Shown here: piece after piece, positions 27,942 to 38,239 of the stretch | Layout: the number at the start of each line of letters is the position of its first letter | Numbering within the stretch: the stretch's first letter is position 1 | Assembly (NCBI GenBank): GCA_938004065.1 | Contig: CALKWM010000038.1 | Location: forward strand, 2,466-66,465 | Direction: 5' to 3' | Source of the DNA: an uncultured bacterium | GTDB taxonomy: Bacteria; Patescibacteriota; JAHJAL01 | Length of the DNA stretch: 64,000 bases | Notes under the pieces: model-generated | The model's database searches: none | The model's input: the letters and a program-made list of their open reading frames with translations, nothing else | What the model was told of the DNA's origin: nothing | Position numbers and translations under genes: made by a program

Positions 27942-30900
27942 CCTTTCTTTTTTCTGGGCTGGTGCGGGATCCACGGACCCCATTTATCTTCGAAGATCGC
28001 TTTGTTTTTGTTAAAGATCTGCATATATTTTTGATCGTCCAATTTGGCGAAACTGGCACGACCAATATGATGGACAAACACATCATCGGTCATTACAATC
28101 TTTTTGTCAATTTGTTTAAATTTATGGGAGAGGTCATCATCTTCAAACATACCAACTTCGTACTCTTCACTTAACAATCCGACTTTTTCCAAGTCTGATT
28201 TGCGGGCAATTGTGCAAAACAATGCTAACATTTTGTTTTCATTTATTATGTCCTGATTTTTGCGAGTATATTTCCAGGCAAATTGTTGCATGCCTTCAAT
28301 ATCTCGATAATCGACATCAATTTTTTGTTCATTGCCGATTGAGTTGGTTACCGGTCCCAAAAGCCCGATGTCGGGATTGGTTTCCATGTGATAAACCATA
28401 CCCCAAATCCAGTCATTGGTAACGATGGTGTCGTTGTTTAATAAAATTATATATTCACCTTCGGCAATTTTGATGCCTTGATTGTTGGCTTTGGCAAATC
28501 CCTTGTTATCCTGATTCAAGATAATTTTGATATTGGGAAAAATGTCTGAAATTTCCTGTAAATAAGCCGGGGTACTATCTGATGAATTATTGTCGATAAT
28601 TATTAATTCATAATTGGGGTAGCGAGAGTATTTGAAAATACTTTCCAGACAATTTTTGGTGTACTCGAGATTACCAAAAGTAACTATGACAATACTAACC
28701 GAAGGATATAGTTGGTAAATTTTTTTCTCAAAATCATCGACTCGTGATTTCCAGGAATTGGCCAGAGCAACGGCCTTGCGCTTGGATATGATTTCATTGT
28801 CATTTTCATCCAGAGCTTTTTGAATATTGTCGATAAACTCTTGCTGAGATTTGGAAAAATAACAAATGTCTTGGTGATCTTTTAGTTCCGGAAGTTCGAC
28901 TGTTACAACCGCTTTCCCGGAAGAAATGTATTCGTAGAATTTAACCGGATTGGTGGCCAAAGTAAGATTATTGATTTTGAACGGGATCAGACAAACATCA
29001 AAACAAGAAAGTAAATTGGGTAATTCTTCATATTTTTTTTCGCCCAAGAGATGAACATTGGGCAGATTTTCGATTGGTCGTAAATCCGCACCATAGGTGT
29101 TGCCGATCAAGACAAAACTGTAATTTGGATAATGTTTGGCACAGCGGGCCACTAATTCACAATCAAACCAATCAGATATGGCACCATAATAGCCAATGAT
29201 CGGTTTTTTGATTAATGACTCTTGACATGAAGGTAGATTGGCAAAGTGCTTGATATCACTCCCATTTCGTATCAATGCCGTGTTTTGATTGTATTCATGG
29301 GCTTTTTGGTGTAGAGATACAGATGTTGTGATCACACAATCTGACGATGATAATAAATCATTTTCCAGATCTGATTGTTTGGTAGTATTGGTGGAAAAAC
29401 CGGAATGATCATCCATGCAGTCATAGACAATTTTGTTGCGACTAATTGTTTTAACCAAAGAAAACCAAAATGGTTGATGAACAATGGAAACACTATGACC
29501 TATTTTAAATTTGTCTTTGATGATACTGATAGACTTTTGCAGAATATTGACTTGATCTGGAGCAAGAGTGTCTTGATAGATATTAATATCCTGGGTACTT
29601 GGCAACTGAATTTGGTAAATATTTTCACAAATATTGCCAATCTTGATAGATTTTTCCAAATCAGTAGAATCGGTCCGGTTGAAAGTTGGGGAAAAATAAA
29701 ACACTCGGTGTCCCCTCTTGGCCAGTCGGGAAATAATCTGTTGCGGTCTTTGATAGCGACCATGCCAATCGATAACAGGAAAAACAAAAATATCGAGCAT
29801 AGTCTCGCGATGCAGAGTATCATCAATCAGGTCAGGATCAACTTTGTCGAGAGTGAGTTGCAAGACGCTATTGTTGGGAATGCCCGAAAACAAGCGGTGA
29901 TAGACGGGTTTGATAGTATTTTTTATGGGTTGCGGAATGTATGGAGCGAGTTTGTCGAGTTGTCGCTTGGTCTGGATGCGGGTATTGATGGTTGATTTTT
30001 TGATAAAATCCATACCTGATCGAAGAGGTTGGGTTAGTTTCCAGGAGGTGGAGGATTCTAATTCTTGGAGGCGGGATTTTAATAACGAATTTTCATTTTC
30101 TTTATCAACCAAATTCTTTAACTTTGCTTCAAGTTGGATTATTTTCTGGTCTTTTGCAAAAATATCTTCATTGAGAACAGAAAGTCGGTTTTTTAAATCC
30201 AAAATATGATTTGCAGATTTTGAAATTGAGATTTTTTTCTGAAGCTCAAGCTCCCACATATAAAAATATTTCCAATAATCGATCCATTCTTCATCTGATA
30301 TTTCATGTAAAATAATTTTTGATATTGTATTTTTGCATAGCTTATGAAACCAGAAGTCTTTTTTGAATATTAATTCCCTAAATTTGCTTGGACTATCCGA
30401 TGGTATCGTGTTTTCTAGAGAAAGAAGTTGCTGAAAAAAATTGTGGAAAAACCTCAAAGTAGGGATAATTTTGTTAGTGGTAGTGACTAATTCCCAATCA
30501 ATTATCCAATTGGAGTCATTGTTGTAGAAAATATTTTGAGCGATTAGATCGCAGTTTTGTGAATTTTTATCTCGAAGTATAAGATATTTTGATTCAAAAA
30601 AAGTCATTTCTTTCGTGGAATCTATTTGAAAAGGAGATGCAGTCGAAATATGAATATCTTGAAAAGTGTTAAACAAATCTAACCAGTCAAAAAACAGTTT
30701 GTTTGTGATTTTTTCAATATTGTCAGATTTGCATTTTTCGATAATCTTTTGCCACGAGATACCTGATGCCGGTTTTTCGAAATAGACTAGATGGTTGCTG
30801 AAAGTATATTTGTCTACCGTAACAGGAATATTTGGAAATTTTGAGGAATATATTTTTTTTACATCGTCTTCAAATCTAATAACTCTGCCAGAATCTTCGT

Positions 30901-31084
30901 TTTTGGCAATCTTGGTAATTAGAAAAGGGTTTTTTGTTCCTTGGATAAACCAGAGTACAATTATTTTCGAGTAATCTAAAATTTTGTTGGGATTGGAGTT
31001 GATCTGAATAAAAGATATATCATCTGACTCAAGATTGAATCTTATTTTGTTTTCTAAAATATATTGTTTTATCTTGTAGATCAT
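27938..31084 (-). CDS. Multidomain glycan polymerase: kinase-like domain + coiled coil + GT4-like + GT2
   Basis: CDLIAQNIF/WIIDWE; coiled coil ending STSWKLTQPLR; QRPQQ, YDCMDD, NPVKFYEY; SIVIVTF, IDNNS, LLNND, FEDDD. Confidence 0.85.
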   Translation of the reverse strand: MIYKIKQYILENKIRFNLESDDISFIQINSNPNKILDYSKIIVLWFIQGTKNPFLITKIAKNEDSGRVIRFEDDVKKIYSSKFPNIPVTVDKYTFSNHLVYFEKPASGISWQKIIEKCKSDNIEKITNKLFFDWLDLFNTFQDIHISTASPFQIDSTKEMTFFESKYLILRDKNSQNCDLIAQNIFYNNDSNWIIDWELVTTTNKIIPTLRFFHNFFQQLLSLENTIPSDSPSKFRELIFKKDFWFHKLCKNTISKIILHEISDEEWIDYWKYFYMWELELQKKISISKSANHILDLKNRLSVLNEDIFAKDQKIIQLEAKLKNLVDKENENSLLKSRLQELESSTSWKLTQPLRSGMDFIKKSTINTRIQTKRQLDKLAPYIPQPIKNTIKPVYHRLFSGIPNNSVLQLTLDKVDPDLIDDTLHRETMLDIFVFPVIDWHGRYQRPQQIISRLAKRGHRVFYFSPTFNRTDSTDLEKSIKIGNICENIYQIQLPSTQDINIYQDTLAPDQVNILQKSISIIKDKFKIGHSVSIVHQPFWFSLVKTISRNKIVYDCMDDHSGFSTNTTKQSDLENDLLSSSDCVITTSVSLHQKAHEYNQNTALIRNGSDIKHFANLPSCQESLIKKPIIGYYGAISDWFDCELVARCAKHYPNYSFVLIGNTYGADLRPIENLPNVHLLGEKKYEELPNLLSCFDVCLIPFKINNLTLATNPVKFYEYISSGKAVVTVELPELKDHQDICYFSKSQQEFIDNIQKALDENDNEIISKRKAVALANSWKSRVDDFEKKIYQLYPSVSIVIVTFGNLEYTKNCLESIFKYSRYPNYELIIIDNNSSDSTPAYLQEISDIFPNIKIILNQDNKGFAKANNQGIKIAEGEYIILLNNDTIVTNDWIWGMVYHMETNPDIGLLGPVTNSIGNEQKIDVDYRDIEGMQQFAWKYTRKNQDIINENKMLALFCTIARKSDLEKVGLLSEEYEVGMFEDDDLSHKFKQIDKKIVMTDDVFVHHIGRASFAKLDDQKYMQIFNKNKAIFEDKWGPWIPHQPRKKKG

Positions 31085-31086
31085 GA

Positions 31087-32124
31087 TTATTTTTCTGAAA
31101 TAATGAAGTATGAAGAAACTTTACCTTGTAACTCTTCGGAATTACTTTTTTCCAGTAATTCCAATTCCTGTTTGACTGCGGTTTTTTCGTAGTCATTGAA
31201 AATATTTATTGGTAATACTTTTTCGTATAGATATTGCAGATTTTCAATATTGTCGATTTCGATTATTGCTTGATTGTCTTTGTACGATTTGACCGGATAA
31301 TAATATTTGGTTTTTTGGGTATAAAAACCGGCTTCTTTGAGAAGTTGTTGATAACCATTCATATCATAGGTGTATGTTCGATAGTCTTTTTTGTGTTTTT
31401 CTTGCATCATTGAATTGGCCGTTGCTCTATCTTGATATGATATCTGTGGTAATCCGGCATGATCGTCAGGAGCTCCGGCAAAATACTTGAGTCCATGAGA
31501 ATTTTCGATTCCGATTACTAACTGCCCTTCTTTTTTAAGCACTCTTCTGATTTCTTGCAAAGCTTGTAACTGGATGTCTCTGGGATCACCACTGGCAAAT
31601 CCTTCCGGTATCCACTCCAAAACACCTACCAAAAAAACGAAGTCGATTGTATCGTCTACAAGTGGCAATTTAGTGGTGTGGGAAACAAAATATTCATTTT
31701 TCTCATGTTTGGCTTGAATGCATCTGGTTTTTACAAAATCCACTTTGATTGGATTGGCATCAGTTGCGTAGACCTTTTGACACATACTAGAAAGTGGTTC
31801 GGTGATTTGTCCCCAACCACAGCCGATATCCAGACAAATCTTGTCTTCGAGATCAAGTAGATATAAAAAATCAGCTCTGTTTTGTGAGGTGATAATATGA
31901 TTGAGCCAAGGATTGTCGGCCGTGTATTTTTGGACTACCTCGAGCCATGGTTTTTGCTTTGACTCTTTGATTATTTTTTCTAGTATCGGAGTGTCTGAGT
32001 ATTCTATAATTGACTTGGTACGGAAATCAATGATGTTGTTTTGTTGCAAAAAAGTTTTGGAACATCGATTACAGGTATCGACGGACAAATTATGATGACA
32101 AATTGGACAGACAAATTTGGACAT
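31087..32124 (-). CDS. Class I SAM methyltransferase with N-terminal Cys cluster
   Basis: CPIC..C..C, LDIGCGWG, GVLEW. Confidence 0.88.
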   Translation of the reverse strand: MSKFVCPICHHNLSVDTCNRCSKTFLQQNNIIDFRTKSIIEYSDTPILEKIIKESKQKPWLEVVQKYTADNPWLNHIITSQNRADFLYLLDLEDKICLDIGCGWGQITEPLSSMCQKVYATDANPIKVDFVKTRCIQAKHEKNEYFVSHTTKLPLVDDTIDFVFLVGVLEWIPEGFASGDPRDIQLQALQEIRRVLKKEGQLVIGIENSHGLKYFAGAPDDHAGLPQISYQDRATANSMMQEKHKKDYRTYTYDMNGYQQLLKEAGFYTQKTKYYYPVKSYKDNQAIIEIDNIENLQYLYEKVLPINIFNDYEKTAVKQELELLEKSNSEELQGKVSSYFIISEK

Positions 32125-32155
32125 TATTAATGTTTTCTAAAAATAACTCAAAAAT

Positions 32156-32995
32156 ATGATATCTGTAGTAGTGATTATCTATAATATGAAAAGAGAGGTA
32201 GAAAGGACATTCTACTCGCTGTCTAAATTATATCAGAAAGAAGCTAAAAATGGTTATGAAATAATTGTGGTGGACAATGGTTCTGATGAAAGATTATCAG
32301 ATGATTTTATCCTGAGTTTTGGAGATAATTTCAAATATTATTATTTGGAGAATGCTTCTGCTTCTCCCGCTAGCGCTGTGAATTTTGGGGCTAGCAAGGT
32401 CACAGGTGATATTATTGGGATTGTGATAGATGGTGCGAGAATAATATCAGATGCTGTTATTAGAAAAACAGAGAATGTCTTTGAGAAATGGAACAATCCA
32501 ATCGTAGCAGTACTTGGGTATCATTTGGGACCGGATTTGCAGTCAAAATCCATTCAAAATGGTTATTGTCAAAACGTGGAAGATAAAATACTTGAAGAAA
32601 TCGATTGGAAAAATAATCCAAACAAATTATTTGAGGTGTCGGTGCTGGCCGGTTCTAATCCTGAAGGTATGGATGGTTCTATTGCCGAGTCTAATTGTAT
32701 GTTTATCAAAAAAAGTACTTTCGAAAAAATCGGTGGGATGGATGCCAGATTTAACTCTCCAGGAGGTGGGTTGGTAAATTTGGATTTTTTTAAAAGATTA
32801 CTAGAACTGAATGACGTTCAACTGGTACTATTGAGAGATGAAGGAAGTTTTCATCAGATACATGGAGGGATAATGTCGAATGTGTCAGGAGAGGAAAAGT
32901 CGATTGAAAATTTTATAAAATACTTAGAGGAGTATAAGAAAATTACCGGCAAAGATTATGAGGTGCCGATAATAAATAATAGAGTTATTATTTAG
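32156..32995 (+). CDS. Glycosyltransferase family 2
   Basis: ISVVVIIYN, IIVVDNGS, GGMDARF, FHQIHGG. Confidence 0.85.
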   Translation: MISVVVIIYNMKREVERTFYSLSKLYQKEAKNGYEIIVVDNGSDERLSDDFILSFGDNFKYYYLENASASPASAVNFGASKVTGDIIGIVIDGARIISDAVIRKTENVFEKWNNPIVAVLGYHLGPDLQSKSIQNGYCQNVEDKILEEIDWKNNPNKLFEVSVLAGSNPEGMDGSIAESNCMFIKKSTFEKIGGMDARFNSPGGGLVNLDFFKRLLELNDVQLVLLRDEGSFHQIHGGIMSNVSGEEKSIENFIKYLEEYKKITGKDYEVPIINNRVII

Positions 32996-32996
32996 A

Positions 32997-34139
32997 TTAT
33001 TTGACAATCCAAGAATGATTAATTTCGACAAGACCTCGATATTTTTGATTTCCAATAATTTCAAATTTGAACGCTTGTCCAACAAAATCCAGAAATTTGA
33101 TTTCATCTTTATTAAAACATACTACATTTATGTAATAATTGCCCGGAAGTAAACTTTGTTTTCGTAATATTGTTTCTATTGTTCCGTTTTTAAAAGGTTT
33201 GATTTTTATTTTGTCATGCGAAGTATTGAATCCAAAAATATACTCATTTAAATTGTCCGAATATATGCCCAACCCAAAATTTATTGATTTCGAAACATCC
33301 ATAGCCTGATATTTGATTGTAATTTTTATATCTTCCTTGGTTTTATAAATATTTTTATCACAATTTACACTACGGATCGAGACCTTAGAATTTTCAATTT
33401 TTCTGATTGTAGAAAACACATGAGACTGAATGTATCGGTTTACAATTTTTTTGGCATTATCAAAACTCTTAATTTTTCCTGACTCCATCCATATGACTTT
33501 GTCAGAAAAATTCACAATCTGTTTGAGATTGTGTGAAACAAACACAATTGTTTTTCCCTTTTCTTTAATCTCTTCAAATTTTTGAAAACATTTTTGTTGA
33601 AAACTAACATCCCCAACAGCCAATACTTCATCCAATAAGAGATTATCGAAATCGGCGTGGATGGCGACGGAAAATGCCAATCTAACATACATGCCGGAAG
33701 AAAAATGCTTTAATGGGGTATTGATGAATTTTTCTAATTCAGAGAAAGATATAATGTCATTGAGTTTTTCATCTATTTGAGACTTGGTCATGCCGAGAAG
33801 TGAGCCGTAGAGATAGATGTTGTCCAAGGCGGAAAGTTCTTCTTGAAAACCGACACCGAGCTCAAGAAATGGGCTGACTTTGCCGTTTATTTCAATTTTC
33901 CCAGTATCGGGCTCTATGATGCCGGCGAGAATTTTGAGCAAGGTGCTTTTGCCACAACCGTTTTGGCCGATAATTCCGATAAACTCTCCTTTTTTGATGT
34001 CAAAACTAATGTCGTCCAGAACTGTTAGTTTTTGACGAGTGCCACCAAACACATTGAGTAATGTGTATTTTAGTGACCGGGAAGAGACGGAATTGATCAT
34101 GAAGGACTTGGATAGGTTTTTTATTTTGATGGCGCGCAT
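32997..34139 (-). CDS. wzt: Polysaccharide ABC exporter ATPase with C-terminal carbohydrate-binding domain
   Basis: GQNGCGKST, FSSGMYVRLAF, DEVLAVGD, VSH; extra ~130-aa Ig-like C-terminus. Confidence 0.92.
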   Translation of the reverse strand: MRAIKIKNLSKSFMINSVSSRSLKYTLLNVFGGTRQKLTVLDDISFDIKKGEFIGIIGQNGCGKSTLLKILAGIIEPDTGKIEINGKVSPFLELGVGFQEELSALDNIYLYGSLLGMTKSQIDEKLNDIISFSELEKFINTPLKHFSSGMYVRLAFSVAIHADFDNLLLDEVLAVGDVSFQQKCFQKFEEIKEKGKTIVFVSHNLKQIVNFSDKVIWMESGKIKSFDNAKKIVNRYIQSHVFSTIRKIENSKVSIRSVNCDKNIYKTKEDIKITIKYQAMDVSKSINFGLGIYSDNLNEYIFGFNTSHDKIKIKPFKNGTIETILRKQSLLPGNYYINVVCFNKDEIKFLDFVGQAFKFEIIGNQKYRGLVEINHSWIVK

Positions 34140-34235
34140 TTGAAAAGAATTACTAATGACTAATTACAAATTACTAATGAAAAAATATAAATCGAAAAGA
34201 AGATAATAATCGCAACATAATAGAAATTAAGGAAA

Positions 34236-34281
34236 TGGATCCCGGATAATCTAGCGCTTCGCTTAGATTTCCGGGATGACA
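34236..34281. repeat. TGTCATCC-family hairpin variant between wzm and wzt
   Basis: TGGATCCCGGA...TCCGGGATGACA. Confidence 0.7.
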
Positions 34282-34332
34282 ACAATAGTAAATTTCTTTC
34301 GGACCCGAGAGATCTTTGTTGGGGCATGAAAG

Positions 34333-35100
34333 CTACAGTTGCTCGGCGAAGGAACGTTGGGAGCGTTGAAAAATAACTAGTCCTAAAATTAATATAAGAA
34401 AAATTCCAAAAAGATGAAGCCAGGGATAATATGGGAGAGTCGGATAATCAAACGTAATAAATATCAGGCGAAAGTCGGTGATAATTTGGGCGATTGGGTT
34501 AATCATCAGATATTTATCATATGGTGAGGTAATCATACTAAAAGGGTAAATGATGGGAGTGGCGTAAAAAAATATTTGCAGAAATAATTCCCAGATATAC
34601 GATATGTCACGATAGCGGACATACAAACTAGACAAGATTAGTGCTAGTGAGAATCCCAAAACCCATAGTTCAATGATATAAAGTGGAGCCAATAAAGTTT
34701 TCAGGTGAAAAACATCGATCTTGAAAATTATCATGAGAATAATCAGAACCATAACATTGAAAGATAAATTTATCAAAGCGCTGAAAGATGAGACTAGTAC
34801 AATAATTATCCTAGGAAAATAGATTTTTTTGATCAAGGAGGAACGTTGGACGATTGAATGTAGCCCATTGGTGGTAACTTCGACAAAAAAATTCCACAAG
34901 ACTATACCGATGAGCAAATACATCGGAAAATTGGGAACGGAATCGCCAAAACGGAGCATTTGGGCGAATACTATATAGAGAACCAAAAACAATCCTAGTG
35001 GCTTCAAAAACGACCAGAGATATCCCAAGACCGACCCCGAGTAGCGGAGTTTGAAGTCGGTGTAAGTGAGTTGGCGGATTATTTCGAGGTTTTGTTTCAT
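34333..35100 (-). CDS. wzm: Polysaccharide ABC exporter permease
   Basis: DFKLRYSGSVLGYLWS, YRDI, FYATPIIYP, NP. Confidence 0.92.
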   Translation of the reverse strand: MKQNLEIIRQLTYTDFKLRYSGSVLGYLWSFLKPLGLFLVLYIVFAQMLRFGDSVPNFPMYLLIGIVLWNFFVEVTTNGLHSIVQRSSLIKKIYFPRIIIVLVSSFSALINLSFNVMVLIILMIIFKIDVFHLKTLLAPLYIIELWVLGFSLALILSSLYVRYRDISYIWELFLQIFFYATPIIYPFSMITSPYDKYLMINPIAQIITDFRLIFITFDYPTLPYYPWLHLFGIFLILILGLVIFQRSQRSFAEQL

Positions 35101-35867
35101 TTGATCTTTTTCAATACAAAATAATGATGAAGGCCAACTAGCGTCATAATGGGACTGATAATGTATTCGAAAGCTTTGAGAGCAGGAAAGGCAAAGTTGG
35201 GAAGTTTTTGATCAAGCCAGATTCCACCTGTAGCAATATAGCGGATAAATCCAAATGGTTTATGATAGACCAGTTTAAATTGAGGGAATAATTTCTGAAA
35301 TTTTTCTTTGTCTCTTTTGAGAAGTAAATAACTCAGGGCTTGATTACTACCGGACATAGGACCGGACTTTTCTAGTTGCCACACAGATGCGTATTCGTCG
35401 AACGGCTCGGGATGGATATTTTTGTATAGATATTTGGCAAGCGGACTCCAGTATGGCTCTACCATAACCAATCCCCCACCCGAGATTAATACTCTGTCTG
35501 CTTCATGAAAAAATTTGGTGACATCGGGAATGTGGTGTAGGACATGCACGGCGAATATTGAATTGAGAGAATTGTTATCAAAGGGAATATTTTGGGCATC
35601 AATGATATGATCGACATTTTCCACTTCTTTGACGTCTGAGGTAATAATATCAGGATACAAATCTTTTAAGAAACCTCCACCTGAACCAAGTTCGAGTATT
35701 TTATCACCATCATCGAGAAATTTTTTATTTAGCGACATCATATGATGATAAATTTCTGAGTAAACGTCGTTTAGACATTTCTTGTTTCTCATAATTTCTA
35801 CCGCTTGCAAGGTAGTCTCGGGAGAGTCAAAGTCTATCTCCTGATATTCTTTTGGTTGGATAATCAT
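35097..35867 (-). CDS. Class I SAM methyltransferase
   Basis: LELGSGGG, VLHHIPD, MVEP. Confidence 0.85.
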   Translation of the reverse strand: MIIQPKEYQEIDFDSPETTLQAVEIMRNKKCLNDVYSEIYHHMMSLNKKFLDDGDKILELGSGGGFLKDLYPDIITSDVKEVENVDHIIDAQNIPFDNNSLNSIFAVHVLHHIPDVTKFFHEADRVLISGGGLVMVEPYWSPLAKYLYKNIHPEPFDEYASVWQLEKSGPMSGSNQALSYLLLKRDKEKFQKLFPQFKLVYHKPFGFIRYIATGGIWLDQKLPNFAFPALKAFEYIISPIMTLVGLHHYFVLKKIK

Positions 35868-36245
35868 TTAAATAGTTTCTTGATTAAAACCGGCGATGAT
35901 AAATATGCCAATAATTATCAAAAATGTTCCCAATAAATGCGACCAGCTGATATTCTCGTGAATAACCATATATGCAGCCAAAAAATTGAAAATATATGTC
36001 AAAGCTGTTAGAGGGATAACCAAGGAAAGTTGGTAGTGGGATAAAAGATAAAAGAACAGAATCATAGATATGCCGTAAAATATTATTCCTAGTATGATTT
36101 TGAATGACAAGAAAAGTGAAATAATGTTTCCGGGGTTTTGGAATGTAAAAGGGTTGGTGGCAAGCTCCAACTTCCAGAAAGTATTGGCGGCGGCATTGAG
36201 CAATGTCGCTAGTAAAATTGGAATTAATAATTTGAGAATGCTCAT
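35868..36245 (-). CDS. EamA/SMR-like 4-TM transporter (possible lipid-sugar flippase)
   Basis: Four TM helices, LSLVIPL...HE..S..LLG pattern. Confidence 0.7.
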   Translation of the reverse strand: MSILKLLIPILLATLLNAAANTFWKLELATNPFTFQNPGNIISLFLSFKIILGIIFYGISMILFFYLLSHYQLSLVIPLTALTYIFNFLAAYMVIHENISWSHLLGTFLIIIGIFIIAGFNQETI

Positions 36246-37144
36246 TTTTTGAGATATTTATTGATAATTGCAAAAGTTTCATTGGCATGTTTTTGAGAGG
36301 AAAGACCAATGACGATATTTTTGATTTTGGGTAGTGAGAAAAGATAATCGTAAGCTTCATGGGGATCGATAGAGCCAGATGCCAAGGTGGCCATGGCTAA
36401 AACTTTGTAATTGTTTTTCGTGAGCGCTTTTTCGCAAGCTTTTCGACTGGGATTCATAAGAAACCCGCGTTTGTTGAAAGATGCCATGACAATGGTGTTT
36501 TTTATTCCCGATTTTTTAAGAAGCTGGCAAAACTTGGGGTAGTTGAGAGTGCAAAATGCAGGAATAACTCCATATTTTTTTTGGATATAGTCATAGTAAC
36601 TACGGATAACATTGGTCATCTGATACCCTAGCGCCAAATCACTAAGTGCATTGTGAAGAAAGACTGCTTTGAGATTGAGATCAAAGAATGGGTTGAGCTC
36701 GGCATCGACAAGCCGATTGGTAATGGAAAGATAGTTATTGGTAGCAACAGCATATGCACTTTTGGCAAAATACTCTGTGGATTTTAAAAAACTTTGTCCT
36801 TTAAAAACGGTTTTAATCGATTCATACATACCCATTTCACTGGCCATGCGAACATACTTGACAATATAAGGAAGGTTGACATAGATATTGAGATTTTTTT
36901 TAAGTGCAGAATCACCGCGAATCATATCTGTAATTTCATAGATTCGAGGATGTGTGGAAAATACGATACCATTTACTCCTTTATCCATAGCATAATGGAT
37001 GATTTTTTTAATTTCCGACATATCTTTGAATTTTTTTTCGCTGATTTTTCCTTTTTCCTGAGACATATGATTAACACCGAAGAATTGATTGTCTCCAAGA
37101 ATAATTGGGTCGATATCAGCTGTATTAATAAATTTCTGATTCAT
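36242..37144 (-). CDS. Hypothetical protein, possibly aldo/keto-reductase-like TIM barrel
   Basis: ILGDNQFFG start, VFLH, AMATLASG, IVIGLSS. Confidence 0.55.
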   Translation of the reverse strand: MNQKFINTADIDPIILGDNQFFGVNHMSQEKGKISEKKFKDMSEIKKIIHYAMDKGVNGIVFSTHPRIYEITDMIRGDSALKKNLNIYVNLPYIVKYVRMASEMGMYESIKTVFKGQSFLKSTEYFAKSAYAVATNNYLSITNRLVDAELNPFFDLNLKAVFLHNALSDLALGYQMTNVIRSYYDYIQKKYGVIPAFCTLNYPKFCQLLKKSGIKNTIVMASFNKRGFLMNPSRKACEKALTKNNYKVLAMATLASGSIDPHEAYDYLFSLPKIKNIVIGLSSQKHANETFAIINKYLKK

Positions 37145-38150
37145 TGATTTTTATTAATTGATTGTTTGACGAAGATCTGTAAATACAATCAATGAGATAT
37201 TGCACATAGAGAGCGGTCTTGATATTTGTACCGGGTTGTTTTTGATTGAGAATGCTGTCTACAAAATCATTCATTTGAGAACTATAATTGGGGCCACCGA
37301 TATCTATATTGTATCCGGAATAAAGCTCGGGATAATAAATTTCCTTGATCATTTTTCCATTTTTCTCTATGTGAATGGTTTGATCGGTGACTGTCATAGT
37401 ACCTTTAGAACCAGTGATAATCATCTTGGCATATGATTTGCGGTGTTCGGGTTTGCTCCAAGAAGAATATAGATTAGCTTTGATATTGTTTTTGAAATTT
37501 ATATCAACATTGACTTCGTCTTCTACATCTAATGAATACAATTGAGCTGTCTTGCCTTTCACAGAATCTACCTTGCCAAAATACCATGTGAGCAAATCAA
37601 GCATATGGACTGAGAAATCAAGCAGAACTCCCCCGCCAGCAATGGATTTTTGAAATCGCCAACCTTTTTGGGGAGAAAGGACGTCACAGATGTGCATAAA
37701 TGATTTAACAGTTTCAATTTCTCCAATTATTTTTTCTTGTAATATTTGCCTGCCTTTAATAAAAGTTGGAACATAACGCATACAAAAAGCCACTAGATTG
37801 ATTGCGGATAAATCTTTGGTGGTATCGTAAAGTTTTTTGGCGTCAAGTAGATTTGTACTTAATGGTTTTTCGATGAACAGATGGATATTCTTTTTGGCGG
37901 CTTTAAGAGCTATTGGCACATGGCAAAATGTGGGGGTGGAAATAATGAGTGCGTTAACATCGGAATTTTGCAGTAAATCATCCTCAGATGTGTAAAATTG
38001 TATATCAGGCATTACAGAATGATATGCTTTGACCATGAAGGAAGACTTGTCAGCTACTGCAATCAAATTACATTTTTCATGGGCATTTATTAATGCTCCG
38101 TGAAGCATTCCCATTTTACCAAATCCGATGATTCCAGCATTAATTTTCAT
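37125..38150 (-). CDS. Gfo/Idh/MocA oxidoreductase
   Basis: GIIGFGKMG, IEKP, GGGVLLDFSVH. Confidence 0.92.
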   Translation of the reverse strand: MKINAGIIGFGKMGMLHGALINAHEKCNLIAVADKSSFMVKAYHSVMPDIQFYTSEDDLLQNSDVNALIISTPTFCHVPIALKAAKKNIHLFIEKPLSTNLLDAKKLYDTTKDLSAINLVAFCMRYVPTFIKGRQILQEKIIGEIETVKSFMHICDVLSPQKGWRFQKSIAGGGVLLDFSVHMLDLLTWYFGKVDSVKGKTAQLYSLDVEDEVNVDINFKNNIKANLYSSWSKPEHRKSYAKMIITGSKGTMTVTDQTIHIEKNGKMIKEIYYPELYSGYNIDIGGPNYSSQMNDFVDSILNQKQPGTNIKTALYVQYLIDCIYRSSSNNQLIKINESEIY

Positions 38151-38239
38151 GTATTTAATGAATCATGTTTATAATTAATATATATGCAAACAAATGCTTG
38201 CATGCGTGAAGTCTGATATCTTTTTATATTATCTAATAT

